DNA from: Eledone cirrhosa
Taxonomy: Eukaryota
Reading direction: 5' to 3'
Assembly: GCA_964016885.1 (NCBI GenBank)
Contig: OZ024742.1
Coordinates: 61,256,001-61,320,000, forward strand
DNA length: 64,000 nucleotides
Shown here piece after piece: positions 1 through 14,156 of the stretch. Every line of letters starts with the position of its first letter. Positions within the stretch are counted from its first letter, which is position 1. The notes under the pieces were generated by a model, which was not told the DNA's origin, ran no database searches, and saw only the letters and a program-made list of their open reading frames with translations. Position numbers and translations under genes: made by a program.

Positions 1-51
1 CACGCATATATATGATATGCATACATACATATATATATTATATATATATAT

Positions 52-185
52 AGGATGGAAAACGAAGATTCAGTGATGCATCGAGACTCAATTTATTAAC
101 GTATTACAATTGTTTCTCCGGCGAACAGTTCGAGGTACGATCTATTTGTGGATCGATACTGACTCTGGATTCGCAAGATCCTCAG
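52..185 (-). mobile_element. PLE pseudo-LTR fragment with hammerhead core (extended stem II)
   Basis: Minus strand reads CTGAGGA..(~60 nt)..GAAAC-AATT-GTA then AATAAA; similar to 21440-21580 and 58717-58918; flanked by (TA)n. Confidence 0.6.
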
Positions 186-202
186 ATATATATATATATA
201 TT

Positions 203-400
203 AAAATAACAGATTAAAGATTCGCTGCTTTCACCCTTAACGGGATCTTCAGATGATACCGTTAAGGGTGAAAGAAACGATTCTTTGCTTAAACTTTAAT
301 CTCTTATTTTAATAAATATTTGCACTATGGTTCTTATATATTTGATATATATTTAACCTTATCGAGCCCTCTTTGAGCCCTCTTCACGTTTATTCTTATT
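203..400. mobile_element. Fold-back PLE-derived mini-element with hammerhead core
   Basis: Imperfect palindrome 203-311 centred ~252; minus arm reads CTGAAGA-T-CCC-GTTAA-GGG-T-GAAAG; related copy at 28341-28402. Confidence 0.6.
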
Positions 401-607
401 ACTATATATATATATATATATATATCAAAGAGGGTGTGGCAAAATACCAAGTGGACCATAACCCACCAGAGTACTCGATACTTGGGGTAGTAGAGTGGGT
501 AATATGATCTAGCTGTCGAAACGGTCGTAGCTCAGCCGTCGGGGTCCTGAATCTTTTCATATATATATATATATATATATATATCTTTTCATATATATAT
601 ATACATA

Positions 608-1210
608 TGGTGGCTGCCAACTCGTTTTCGAGTACGGCCACTACTTTATATCCATGTAGGCGAACCCCTACCGATGCGCTGAACGAGTGACTTTTTAGTC
701 CAGCCAGCGACTTGGAAACTCTGGTACAAACACTACACTTGTCACAATTATTGACACATAGTGCTGGACCCATGGTACCATGTGATGACAAGTGCAGAGA
801 GATCTCCAGATATAAAGCAATGCCTGTGCCGTGAAGCTTTTATAGTGAGCAAAGGCACTGCACAAAGCCAGTACCACTCTCTTAACCACTCTCTTTACCA
901 AAAAGAAGAACACGTCAACATCATTGGATACCATCAGGATTGCAGGTGTTATATCAGAGTTTTCCTTCTCCTAGAATTCTGCCTTGACAAAGGCTAATGG
1001 GTCATCTCTCCCGGTGATTTTGGATGGCCATTGACTCTTAAGAGCTCCTTTGCCCTTTGTCGGGTTTTGTTTTTAATCCTGCAGGATGTCCAAAGTCACC
1101 CTTCTCACCAAGAAACCTTGGTGGGGTTGCCAGTTTAGTCGCCAACGACCCGACCATGAGACAGGTTGTACTGGGATATGTTACCAGTAGCACCAACTGG
1201 TGACCTGACC
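608..1210 (-). mobile_element. Non-autonomous bipartite RTE-derived retroposon (5' UTR plus 3' end)
   Basis: Closely similar reverse-complement copy at 26995-27603; encodes RTE-type terminal CSVCTRVSKSLAGLKSH; contains RTE 5'-type CTAGGAGAAGGAAAACTCTGA; ends in (TA)n. Confidence 0.7.
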
Positions 1211-1213
1211 ATA

Positions 1214-1478
1214 GCGGAGGTTCGTTTTCTCGGTGGGACGCCGCTCTGCGACCTGCGGACCGCGCGCCATCCAGCCTGACGGGAACGGGTCGCGACGACG
1301 GATCGAAGGGGAAGTGCGTCCGATGCCGTCACCCCGCGAATCGTAACGCCGGCTAGGCGGTCGGCGGTCGACCCGTAGAAACGAGAGACCGCCGCCGACG
1401 AGATCGCCGACGACGACGGCGCCTTCAAACAGCAGCGGACTGAGTCCCCTCGCGATCGCGGTGAACGGTCCTACCCTA
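1214..1478 (-). pseudogene. Probable 28S rRNA (D2 region) fragment
   Basis: Isolated GC/CpG-rich island; minus strand GCACTTCCCC..CGTCGCGACCCGTT resembles the metazoan 28S D2 motif as I recall it. Confidence 0.5.
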
Positions 1479-1487
1479 TATGACAAG

Positions 1488-1663
1488 ATATCACACTTTG
1501 TAATATGTTGAGTGCTAAAGCCTGCGACCACAGTTGATTAATAAGTACAATTGAAAAACAATTAACGATTATCGAACACGAACGGACCAAATATATGTAT
1601 GATTATCTCTCTCTCCCTCTCTCTCTCCCTCGCTCTCTCCCTCTCTCTCTCTCTCTCTCGCTG

Positions 1664-1727
<64 letters not shown>

Positions 1728-1810
1728 GAGAGAGAGTGAGAGAAACAGGCAGACAGACAGACAGGTGTAGATGTATACAGACTTACATCAGCTGTCGGGG
1801 TCCTGAATCT

Positions 1811-1876
<66 letters not shown>

Positions 1877-3139
1877 AGATTCAAGACCCCGACGACTGAG
1901 CTCCGACCGTTTTGACAGCTAGATCATAAGTGTGTATATGAAAGCATATAAGATAATCAGGGAATGTCATAAAAAGCAGGTCAGATGCATATCAGCGAAT
2001 ACTCTTAAGCATCTGTTCCCTTAAACTTCATAATATACTCAAATATCTTTCCATGCATGTGTATGAGTGTGTCTGTGCGTGAGTAAACTTACGTATTTGG
2101 GTGGATTTCAGTTTATATATATGTGTGTGTGTGTGTCTATTTTTTTAAATAATCTTTTAAGGTTTGCTCTTAAAGAATTGTTTTTCGTTTTGCCTTGTTT
2201 TCCGTTCGTTGTCTTTTACTCTCTTTGCTATTCTTTTTAAGTTTACCAATACTAATGTGACATATGTGTTATCTCTTCTTCCCCATTGATTGCAATGGCT
2301 TAATTTTCTTTAACACGATAACTTACTCTTTCTTCTTGCTTTTTTACTTCCTTTCTTTTTTTTTGTGTTTTTCTTTTGTTTCGTTTAAGAGCTCTGTGCT
2401 ATAAGCGAAAACCCACTTTTTCCTTGACGTCAAGAAAAGTTCTGTGTAGCTGTGGCTTAATTGTTACAAAAATTAATGTTTTCACTCTCGTCTCTTACTC
2501 TACTGGACAGCATTTGGCTTATGGCAGACGAGGTAACCCCGGATCAACCAGCAGCTCCGTTTGTAGCGGGTCAAAACTGCCAAATTCCATCTCAACAGCC
2601 AATGAGCCTGGAATTCTGTGTCCTTCATTTGTATGTTTATTTAAAAAAAATAATTTTCCAAGGTTTCACGTTAAACAAATTGGTTTGGTTTTACGTTGTT
2701 TCCGTTCGTTGTCTTGTCCTCTCTCTGTTAATTTTTTCAAACTTTATGTATATATATATATATATATAAACTTTTTTCTGGGACAGCCTGCTAATTTGGT
2801 ATTACATCGATAGTAGGTCCCCTGAATGATACTTGATGCCAGCTTTGTGGGTTGGTAGGCATGATTATATCACACTCTGTAATATGTTGAGTGCTAAAGT
2901 CTGCGTACACAGTTGATTGATAAGTACAATTGAAAAACAATTACCGATTAACGAACACGAACGGACCAAATATATGTATGATTATCTCGCTCTCCCTATC
3001 TCTCTCTCTCTCTCCCTCTCCCTCGCTCTCTCTCTGTATATATATATATATATATGTGTGTATATATACAGAGAGAGAGAGATAGAGAGAGAGAAACAGG
3101 CAGACAGACATACAGATGTAGATATATACAGACTTACAT
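1488..3139. repeat. Local direct duplication of ~280 bp (1488-1788 and 2867-3139)
   Basis: Both start ATATCACACT.TGTAATATGTTGAGTGCTAAAG and run to CAGACTTACAT with the same CT/TA/GA microsatellites. Confidence 0.85.
2511..2630 (+). CDS. Candidate internal coding exon, product unknown
   Basis: Pyrimidine tract + CAG acceptor, GTATGT donor, 120 nt, open frame IWLMADEVTPDQPAAPFVAGQNCQIPSQQPMSLEFCVLH. Confidence 0.3.
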
Positions 3140-3359
3140 ACTGACATTGAAGCTGGTATACAGTAAAATATAGAGGGAGAAACACATACCTATATTGACA
3201 GAGAGATGAAATGAAATGAAAGGCATTACCGAATTGCATAGTGAGCTAAAGCCAGGACCAGCGTCGAAATCGTTTCTGGGCTTGTTTGTTCGAATCTCTA
3301 GAGTTGGCGACTGTCAGAAAACTTACTAATGTCTTTTGTAGTTAATCAATAGCACTTAC

Positions 3360-3446
3360 CGAAGTAAATATCATTCTTGTCACCAATATCTCTGGCAATT
3401 AGCATCCCATAACGATTCTTTGCAGCCAGATTCCCATCTCTTAGCA
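3360..3446 (-). CDS. Candidate coding exon, product unknown
   Basis: ctctgtAG acceptor, G|GTAAGT donor, 87 nt phase 1-1, reads LRDGNLAAKNRYGMLIARDIGDKNDIYF. Confidence 0.3.
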
Positions 3447-3668
3447 CTACAGAGCATTACATATATCAATTCATATCGAGCTACGACGAATGATGCATCT
3501 TTTAGATGTCTGAATAATGATGGACACTGAGAGGTTGCAATGGAAATAGAAATAGAAAGCAATTGATGGATTGCATCTCATATATAAACACACACATATA
3601 CACAAATGAAAGTGTTTGTATGTATGTAGGTAGGTAGGTATATATGTATGAGTTCATGTGTATGTTTG

Positions 3669-3760
<92 letters not shown>

Positions 3761-3916
3761 TGCATATTTTAAAGAAAAGTAATTAGAGAAATGCACATAT
3801 AAATGTCCATATATAGTTATACATACGTTATATTCATATTTACAAGTATATGTATTTGCCAAGCGTCTGTGTGTGTTACTTCCGAAATAGCTTGTTAGTA
3901 AATGTTATCTACAATC

Positions 3917-3948
<32 letters not shown>

Positions 3949-5809
3949 ACGTTTTCACTTGATATATTTAGATATATCAAATATCTTAATAATCGCGCCT
4001 TCCACTTATTTTCGGAACGTAAGATATATTAGTTATAGTTAGTAAATCTTATTATCTTTAGATTAATTCCAAACTAATAAACTTCTTTCTTCATCTGCCC
4101 TCAGAGATATATTCTCACTACAGGCAGACGCTGCAGGTGGCTCGGCATTTTTCATCCTAAGAAAATTATTATCAACCTCAATGTCAGATGAATGAACATG
4201 GAATTTTTTTTCTATTCCCCCTCCTGCATTCAGCTGTCATATTTTCTATATGTTTTATATGTTATCTATGTATGACTATGTCTGTGTGGTCAGATATCTT
4301 ATAAGTTTTTTGGGGGTGGGGTTCAGTATGTTTGTAGATTGTTGAGCTATCTCGGGAGATACATCCAAATATATGTATATACAAATAAATTTACTTAGAG
4401 AGGCTTGAGCGTGTTGTATGTTTGTAAGTGTACATGCATATAGAATATCTCTTTGTAGACACATGATTTTGTGTTCACTTCCACTGCGTTGCAGCTTAGG
4501 CAAAAGTATTTTTGTTATCGCCATGGGTTGGTCAGAGGCTTATGGGAGAAGTTTTGTGAGTGTTATAGATATATATTTGTTAACTTTGATACTTTTCGGC
4601 CAGAAAAGTCCCAAGGCATTTCTAAAATAATAGCACTTAAGCACACACCTATGCAACAAAATTAGGGCCGTCACCTCAGACATATCTGTCGAACAGACCG
4701 TTGCTGGAGCCGGGTCCATATCTTCCATGGATGACCCTGAGCCAATCATCTATGAAACGTACGTAACAGATCGATAATCAATAAATTCGTGTAACAGTAA
4801 CTTTATCGTTCTTTCTCAATATATATATATATATTTGTGTGTGGGTGTGTGTATGTGTGGGTGTGTGTGTGGGTGTGTGTGCGTGGATGTGTGTGTGTGT
4901 GTGTGTGTATGAAAATAAAACAATACTGGAAGATAGGTTCTTAAATACTTCATTGATTTACGATATATTCAGAGGGTTGATTGATCATGGTGATTATGTC
5001 ACTACCCATTTCTAGTCTCGAAAGCCATGACCCATCACACGGTCTTCCTCAGAAACAATGAACTATGATTATATTTGTGATACCCTCATCGGGTAAAAAA
5101 TAAATAAATGGATGCAGAAATATCAGACAAAGAAATAAGTATGTGTGGTTTGCGCACGTTCTTTCACCCAGTTTCCAAGTTTAATTATAGTTTGATCCAG
5201 GCGGGTTGGTATATATCTTGATTCATACCTGCTATATTAGATTGATTAGAGATATTAATACTACTTTGGCAATACACATTTCTTTACCTTGCTTTATCTT
5301 AGAAAAGCGTCAGTATTAGTTAACATTAAATGTTAAATTTCTATGGTTCTGTCCAGCAAAGAAGGAGCAACAGCTGTTACTAGAAATGATAATGCTATAG
5401 AAATTTCCTATGTTGATGTAACTGTAAAAGTTATGAGAATAATTTGCTTGCGGGTTTCTTTAGTTACAATAAGAATGATCAGATATTAAGCAAATGAATA
5501 ACTTTTATCTTTGATGGGAGACAAAGCAACATAGCAAATATATTAATATGATCGGGAAAGAGGGTATTTATATTAACAGCAACATTGTTCATAAGTGAAT
5601 GAATTAATATATATATATTTCTCAAGTGTTGCTTCAGAAAATATTTTGATATTTCATGAAAGGTTGTTTGTTTTGTAAGGATTAATGGAATGAGATCATC
5701 TTATTTTCATTGGAATTGAAACCATGTTTAGATTTCAAGTTTCTGTGTGTGAGGTACATCTTGATCTACAGTACCCTGTGTATTTGACCATAGTTTCCCT
5801 CTTAAAGAT

Positions 5810-6040
5810 ACGTTGCCTAATGGTTAGGGTGTTAGACTTACCATCATAACCTCATTTCACGTTGATCCAGCGCAATAAGATGAAAATGAATGCAAGAAAT
5901 TACCTGGAGTTTTAACCTTGCAATGGACTAGAGTTCAGTTTAAGGGTGGGGGAGTATTGTACTTTCAGTTGCTTAACACCATGTAAACTGGGATACGACC
6001 AGTCTAATGAACCAGCAGGTTTGGGACAAATTTCAGTTTG
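5810..6040 (+). mobile_element. Degenerate tRNA-headed SINE
   Basis: GCCTAATGGTTAGGGTGTT A-box-like head; body resembles 37180-37370. Confidence 0.4.
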
Positions 6041-6254
6041 TTTCCCTGATTAATAAAACTTTTAATGTATAGGAATGAATTGATCAATCTTTTTGAAGTA
6101 TTTCAAAGAATTAATATTATCTTTCAATTATAAAATGATATTTGCAACATATCTTAACAAATTGTTGCATTACAATTTAAGTAGTTTCCGTTTACTATGG
6201 ACTTGTTTCTTCATAGAAACAGTGAAGGCTTTGGGCGGATTAGTATTAAAAGGA

Positions 6255-6480
6255 GTAAGGACAAAATATTGCAATAGCTTGGGTTACAAAACATGGGATA
6301 TATAACAGGGATGGATGTTGATGTTTTTAAGAAGCATCTCGATATTGAGGTGTCTAAGATTTTAGATAAGTCGAAAGCAGAACAAGCAACACAAATGCGG
6401 GTGACAGTCTCAATGGTCTTCATGCATCAATGGGCAGCCCAGGAAGGACAGAAAATATAACAAAATTAGCGTAACAAAGC
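6255..6480 (+). mobile_element. CR1/L2-type LINE 3' remnant
   Basis: Translates across a frameshift as YCNSLG..GMDVDVFKKHLD..SKILDK..QMR, typical of a CR1-like ORF2 C-terminus. Confidence 0.55.
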
Positions 6481-6633
6481 ATGGTCTAAGTTCATCGGAG
6501 GAAAAAGGCAAAACTTAAATATATATATATATACTTGACTTATTGTCCCCTACTTTTGCTCTTTACTCTCTTACTCTTTGTTCTTGAATGTTTGGTTGGT
6601 AGAGTCCATAACACCAATCAAACCCCTGTTATA

Positions 6634-6678
6634 GCTCTGAAGAATCCTACGGTTACGTAAGGAAGAAACATTGTAAGC
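6634..6678 (+). ncRNA. Type I hammerhead ribozyme (minimal, PLE-type)
   Basis: GCT-CTGAAGA-A-TCCTAC.GGTTAC.GTAAGGA-A-GAAAC-ATT-GTA-AGC followed by AATAAA at 6680. Confidence 0.7.
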
Positions 6679-6723
6679 CAATAAAAAATGTTTGATGTTG
6701 TAGACGCTCTTGTGTTCTTTATC

Positions 6724-7020
<297 letters not shown>

Positions 7021-7120
7021 ATATATATATATATTTATTTTTCACTGTGAACAATTTGTCAGCATTTTCTTTTCCGTTTACCAATATATCATAACTCGTG
7101 TGTTACACCTCTATTCTTTT

Positions 7121-7187
<67 letters not shown>

Positions 7188-7387
7188 CGATAGCAAAATA
7201 TCGTTATAGGTAATCCAGTTAGAGGTTGTGACTACTTCTTATTATGTGTATGGCGTTGTTTGACTCAACAAGAGGTTTACGTAGATGACGAGTTTCACTT
7301 GTATTCCTATGTAAGTTTATCTTGGAGTAATAAGATTGAAAACGTAGAGAATAACATGGTCAACAGTACAAAAAAGGGGATTTATTT

Positions 7388-7499
7388 ACAGTCTAACAAT
7401 TGTTTCACTGATAAAGATGTCTAAAAATTGCTGAACACTAGAAGCAGTGCCACTCAATTTTAAATACGATGTTAGCTCGATCAGATCATCGGAAACTGT
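7388..7499 (-). ncRNA. Hammerhead-like motif with CCGAUGA core and long loop II
   Basis: Stem I ACAGTTT/AGACTGT, CCGATGA, stem II CTGAT/ATCAG, GAAAC-AATT-GTT, then AATAAA. Confidence 0.6.
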
Positions 7500-7643
7500 T
7501 ATACAAAATACAAAATATATGTAACCTGAAAATTTACAAATTCAAATTACATAATCAATAATAATATTAATAATAAAGATAGAGAGAGAAAAAATAAGTA
7601 GGAAGAAAGGGACATAGATACAGTAAAGAAAGAAAGGAAAAAG

Positions 7644-7674
<31 letters not shown>

Positions 7675-8280
7675 GATTACAGAGAAAAATATAAAGAGAA
7701 AAAAATATATGGAAATGATTGTAGACAGAGGAGAGATAGGCATAAGGATAAGCAACGTAGGATAGAAAGAAAAATAAATGGAAAAGTAATATCAGCAATA
7801 AATGAACAAACGTCAATATATGAATAAATGTAAATAAAATTAAAATAAATATATATAAAAAATATATAAGAAAATAGATAACTAAATAAATAAATAACTA
7901 AATAAATAAATAAATTTCATCTAATGTGATATAAAATGGTATGGTATAAAATGTGAAAAATGAAGAATGAAAATAAATACGTAAAAGAAGTAAAAATTTA
8001 CGAAGAATATTTAAACATATTAAAATTATTGAGAGTGGTTTTTGAGAATTGTTAAAATATAAGAGAGATATGAAGGTACAAATATGATAATGTTAAATAT
8101 ATTTATGTGAGTATTGGTTATTTTAATAAATAAATTAATTAATTAGTTTTAAGTTATATTATATGATAAAATAAATGTCAGAGATGAAATAAATTTAGGG
8201 AGAGAAATATAAAGATAGAGAGTGAAAGATAGATATATATAAAATACGAGTGTAAATATAAGAGGTTTTGATCTTGTTCT

Positions 8281-8913
8281 TTGATAGATGATGACAATTA
8301 TAATTATAATCATAATCATAATGAAGTGCCTATAATGCATATAAATGTAAAAAAAACCATGAATATACCACCAACACATCAAACTAACCATAATACTAAA
8401 ATAAACCACAGCAAACCACCATCTCATTCACATACAACAAGTCTTAAAAATTCCACACCTAATTTGACTATCTCCTCTGATACAGCATTCACGAAAGGTT
8501 GTAACTGTAGAAACAAAGCAAATTGCCCATTAAAAGGAAATTGCCTTATTAATAACATAGTATATAAATGTAAAGTTAACACTAAAGACTCAACTTATTC
8601 ATATATAGGAGCTACTTCTAACCAATTTAAAGTAAGATTTAATACCCACAAACACAGTTTTAAAAATGCCGCATTAGCTAATACAACATCTTTAGCTGAA
8701 ATAATTAATAATTATTGAAAGAGGAATAAAGATTATAACCTGACCTGGAGTGTGCTCAAAAGGGCCACCCCTTATCAAAATAATAGATATGAATGTAGAT
8801 TATGTTCCCAGGAACTTTTTGAAATAATGAAATCTAAGGATATCCTATTAAATAAACGACAGGAATTAATTATATCATGTAATCATAAACTGAGAAGAAC
8901 TTTTAAATATTAA
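8281..8913 (+). pseudogene. PLE GIY-YIG endonuclease fragment, Hydra-clade-like, frameshifted near 8715
   Basis: CNCRNKANCPLKGNCL..IVYKC..YIGAT..FKVRFNTHKHSF, continuing in another frame as LTWSVLK..CRLC..LLNKRQEL..CNHK. Confidence 0.75.
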
Positions 8914-9853
8914 TTAACCTAATTAATATACACTTTAGAAATTATTATAATAACACTTTCTTTAAATTAGTTAACCTATAATTAATATTCTACTACTAAT
9001 GAACTGCATAATTTTATTTCCCTTTTACAGCTATCTTTTCCTCAAATGTATACCAATAAGTATACATATAAACTATTTTAATTTCAGGTTATGATTCTAT
9101 GTTCCTTATAATCTATATAAATTTGTTATTTCTCACTAATAAATTTACCCCCCCCCCCCCCCAATAAATATTATTATTATTATTTTTTTATTTTCCCTTC
9201 GTTTTTAACAGCACTCTTCAATTACATCTAACTCTTATTTATCATATCTATATGAATTAATATAAATTTATCAATATAAATATACCTATCAATTTAATTC
9301 ATTTATTTTCTTTTTGTAGATGTAAATTCCCTATATTTTGAATAAGATTGATATTTTTCACTAACACATTTATCGTAAAATGTTATTCTCCTTAGATATT
9401 TACATTAGCATTATTCTTTTATAACATCAATTCTTCGTGTACCTTTTACCGACTTGACCTATTTCATCCCTAAAATAATCTTTTCATTCATCATACTCTT
9501 TCCATTCAAAACTGAAATCTGCCTTCCTCTACCCCTAAATTAAAGTTCTATTATTATATATTCCCTCTGATAGTTTATAAAAAGTTTACATAGATCTATA
9601 TGATATACATACCAACACAAACATATATATCCTAGAAACGATCGTAAAATGATGAATTTTTTAATATAAGGAACTGTTTCTTTGTTTTTATTCATTATTT
9701 TTATTAATTTATCTTGACTCTGTTTTCCTGTATTTTTCATCGGAAAAAAATTTTTTGAATACATCTTCTCTTTTCATGATATTCGGATTACATTGAGTTC
9801 TTCATACGGATTGGACACTACCGTACATTTTGGTAGATTTATCTACATATATT

Positions 9854-9886
<33 letters not shown>

Positions 9887-10364
9887 TTGTTTGTATGTGT
9901 GTGTGTATATATATACCTGTGTGTTTTGTATGTATGAGTGCAAGCATGGTTGTGCATGGATCTGTATGTGCACGCACGCTTTTGGCGATATAGGATGATA
10001 TGATATCTTATGGAAATGAAATGAACTTGAAGTCACGAAACATTTGTACATTAAATAGATATCACGTCATTCGATCAACACTTGTGCATTGAATTCAATC
10101 TCAGTATTTCACAAAATACAAACACATTACATATATGAAGATGTTATAAAAACGTTATATAACTATAGTTATAGTTATTTTAAAAGGTATTATTTATATA
10201 TGGAATACATGGAACGATCAGTTTCAAATTTTAAACAATAGACATCAGCAAAATATTTAACCAATTCCATCTTAAATGTAGATATTGCTATTGTAACATT
10301 TGAACATATAAATGTATTTATAGATGAAGATATGACATATATATTAATCTATGTATGACAATAC

Positions 10365-10451
<87 letters not shown>

Positions 10452-11780
10452 AAAGTTCTATTTAAAATTGTTGGGATACAACAAGTAAATATTTTATAAC
10501 TGATATAAAGCACTCGACAAGTTTTTGGAGTAGATATACGATATTAATAAATGGAAACTATATTTATAACCCATTATATATTTATAAAACCATTATATAT
10601 TTACAAGTTATAATCCTTTAGTAATATATTGATATTTGATTATCTCTATACAAATGCATATGTGTGTATTAACATGCATATAAAGTGTTATAGGTTTTTT
10701 GTGTTTGTATATATGTCTGTATATATACATGAGCGATGCTGGACGACGCACGTAAATATTTATTGATGCATATGTATGTGTATATATGTATGTATATATA
10801 TCTATGTGGGTGAGGTGTATGTTGCATATATACATAATATTAAATACATGAATGGTAATCGTATATATGAGGACATGAATATTAATCGTATATATTTATG
10901 TATATATACTGTGAACTTTTTATAACACAAGGAATGTATAGCAGTGATTAAGAGAAATCATTTACGTTTTGTATAGCTATATTGTTGGCTTGAGTAAACA
11001 TAATTTCTATTTTCAGGACATGCGTATGTGTATATATATATATGTATACATATATATTTGTATGTCTTTGCATAAGATACTGATCTCTATAGCAAGGGTA
11101 CATTTTGAACGATTTAACTTAGATTTTGGTATGTTGATCTCAAGTTTTTAAACTAAACATATAGTCATTATTGAACAATGTTTAATTTCTCATATTATAT
11201 ATCTATGTCCCATTCATGAATATTGATATTTATATTTTTATTGTTCATTTCATATAAATTGTTAACTCAACTTAATATGACATGACGTAAAGTTTTCATT
11301 GTCTCACCCTCTCTCTATATAGTATTTCTCTCTCTTGAGTTTTTCTATCTGTATGATGACTTGATATCTCTCTGTTGCTTTCCTTTGTTTTTCTTATTTC
11401 TTCCTTTTTTCTTTCTTTTTTATTTCCTCCTATCTTTATTTACCTCTTTCTTTTCTCCATACATTTCTCTCTCTCTCCGATATTTCTCCAGGTTTTCTTT
11501 CTCTCTCTCCGTCTTTTTTCTTCTTTTTTTTCTTTCTCTCCGTCTTTTTCTAATTGTGCTTAAAACTATGACTTATTAAAATAATGTAAACAAATCACTA
11601 TCCAGACAGCCTCCAAAAGTAATGGTTGCATTTTAAAAGGGTACGTCAAAGCTATTTGTAAAACTGTTATATATTGTATTTTGTCTGATGAAGGCATACC
11701 ATAATTTAATGTGGTAACCCTGAAATATGTATAATGAAATAAATATGGTTTTATAAATATAGTTTCCATTTATTAATATC

Positions 11781-11825
<45 letters not shown>

Positions 11826-11830
<5 letters not shown>

Positions 11831-12690
11831 GGAAAAAAATTTCATTTCCCACTCTCAGAACGGCTGTTACTTAAATATAAGTATGTACACGTACATACAT
11901 ATATGTATACAGACGTACAGTAGTATGTATATATATATACATACATGCACATATATATATATATATATGTAAGTAAGGATTCACCGAACATTTATAATAA
12001 TGCTCGGTGTGTTTGTAAACAAACATTCCGTATTAAGCCGTAGTGTCTAGCAACCATCGTTGCTCGTTTGTTCAACACTGACAAAGGAACGCTGTACTAG
12101 TTTCAAGCTTATTAGCTATCGCCAGCAACGTATACCTTCCTGCCAGATTGTTGAACGTATATTCTTACCTTATGCATATTAACGGCTGAGTAGCCCAATG
12201 TGCATATCGAGTGGGTTAATCGGCCGGGTGCACCGAAAACGATAAACGGAAAAAAATGAAACGAAATTTCATTTCCCACTCTTAGTACGGCTGTTACTTA
12301 AATATAAGTATGTTCACGTACATACATATATGTATACAAATGTATTAACCCACTCGATTAACCCACTCGATATGCAAATTGGGCTACTCAGCCGTTAATA
12401 TGCATAAGGTAAGTATATACGTTCAACAATCTTGCAGGAAGGTATACGTTGCTGACGATAGCCAATAAGCTTGAAACTAGTACAGCGTTCCTTTGTCAGT
12501 GTTGAACAAACGAGCAACGATGGTTGCTAGACACTACGGCTTAATACGGGATGTTTGTTTACAAACACACCGAGCATTATAATAAATGTTCGGTGAATCC
12601 ATACGTACATATATATATATGTGTGCATGTATGTATATATATATACATACTACAGTACGTCTGTATACATATATGTATGTACGTGTACAT
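11826..12690. mobile_element. PLE pseudo-LTR tandem/inverted cassette with two HHR copies
   Basis: Direct repeat 11826-11910 ~ 12244-12338; ~335 bp inverted repeat 11883-12220 vs 12357-12690. Confidence 0.8.
12446..12488 (+). ncRNA. Type I hammerhead ribozyme
   Basis: ACGTTG-CTGACGA-T-AGC.CAATAA.GCT-T-GAAAC-TA-GTA-CAGCGT; mirror copy 12089-12131 has a CTGGCGA core. Confidence 0.8.
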
Positions 12691-14155
<1,465 letters not shown>

Positions 14156-14156
14156 A

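Noticed and set aside
1135-1531. GC-rich ORFs as bacterial contamination, HGT or a CpG-island promoter
   Set aside because: Only ~265 bp, no recognisable protein, better explained as an rRNA-like fragment; contamination not formally excluded
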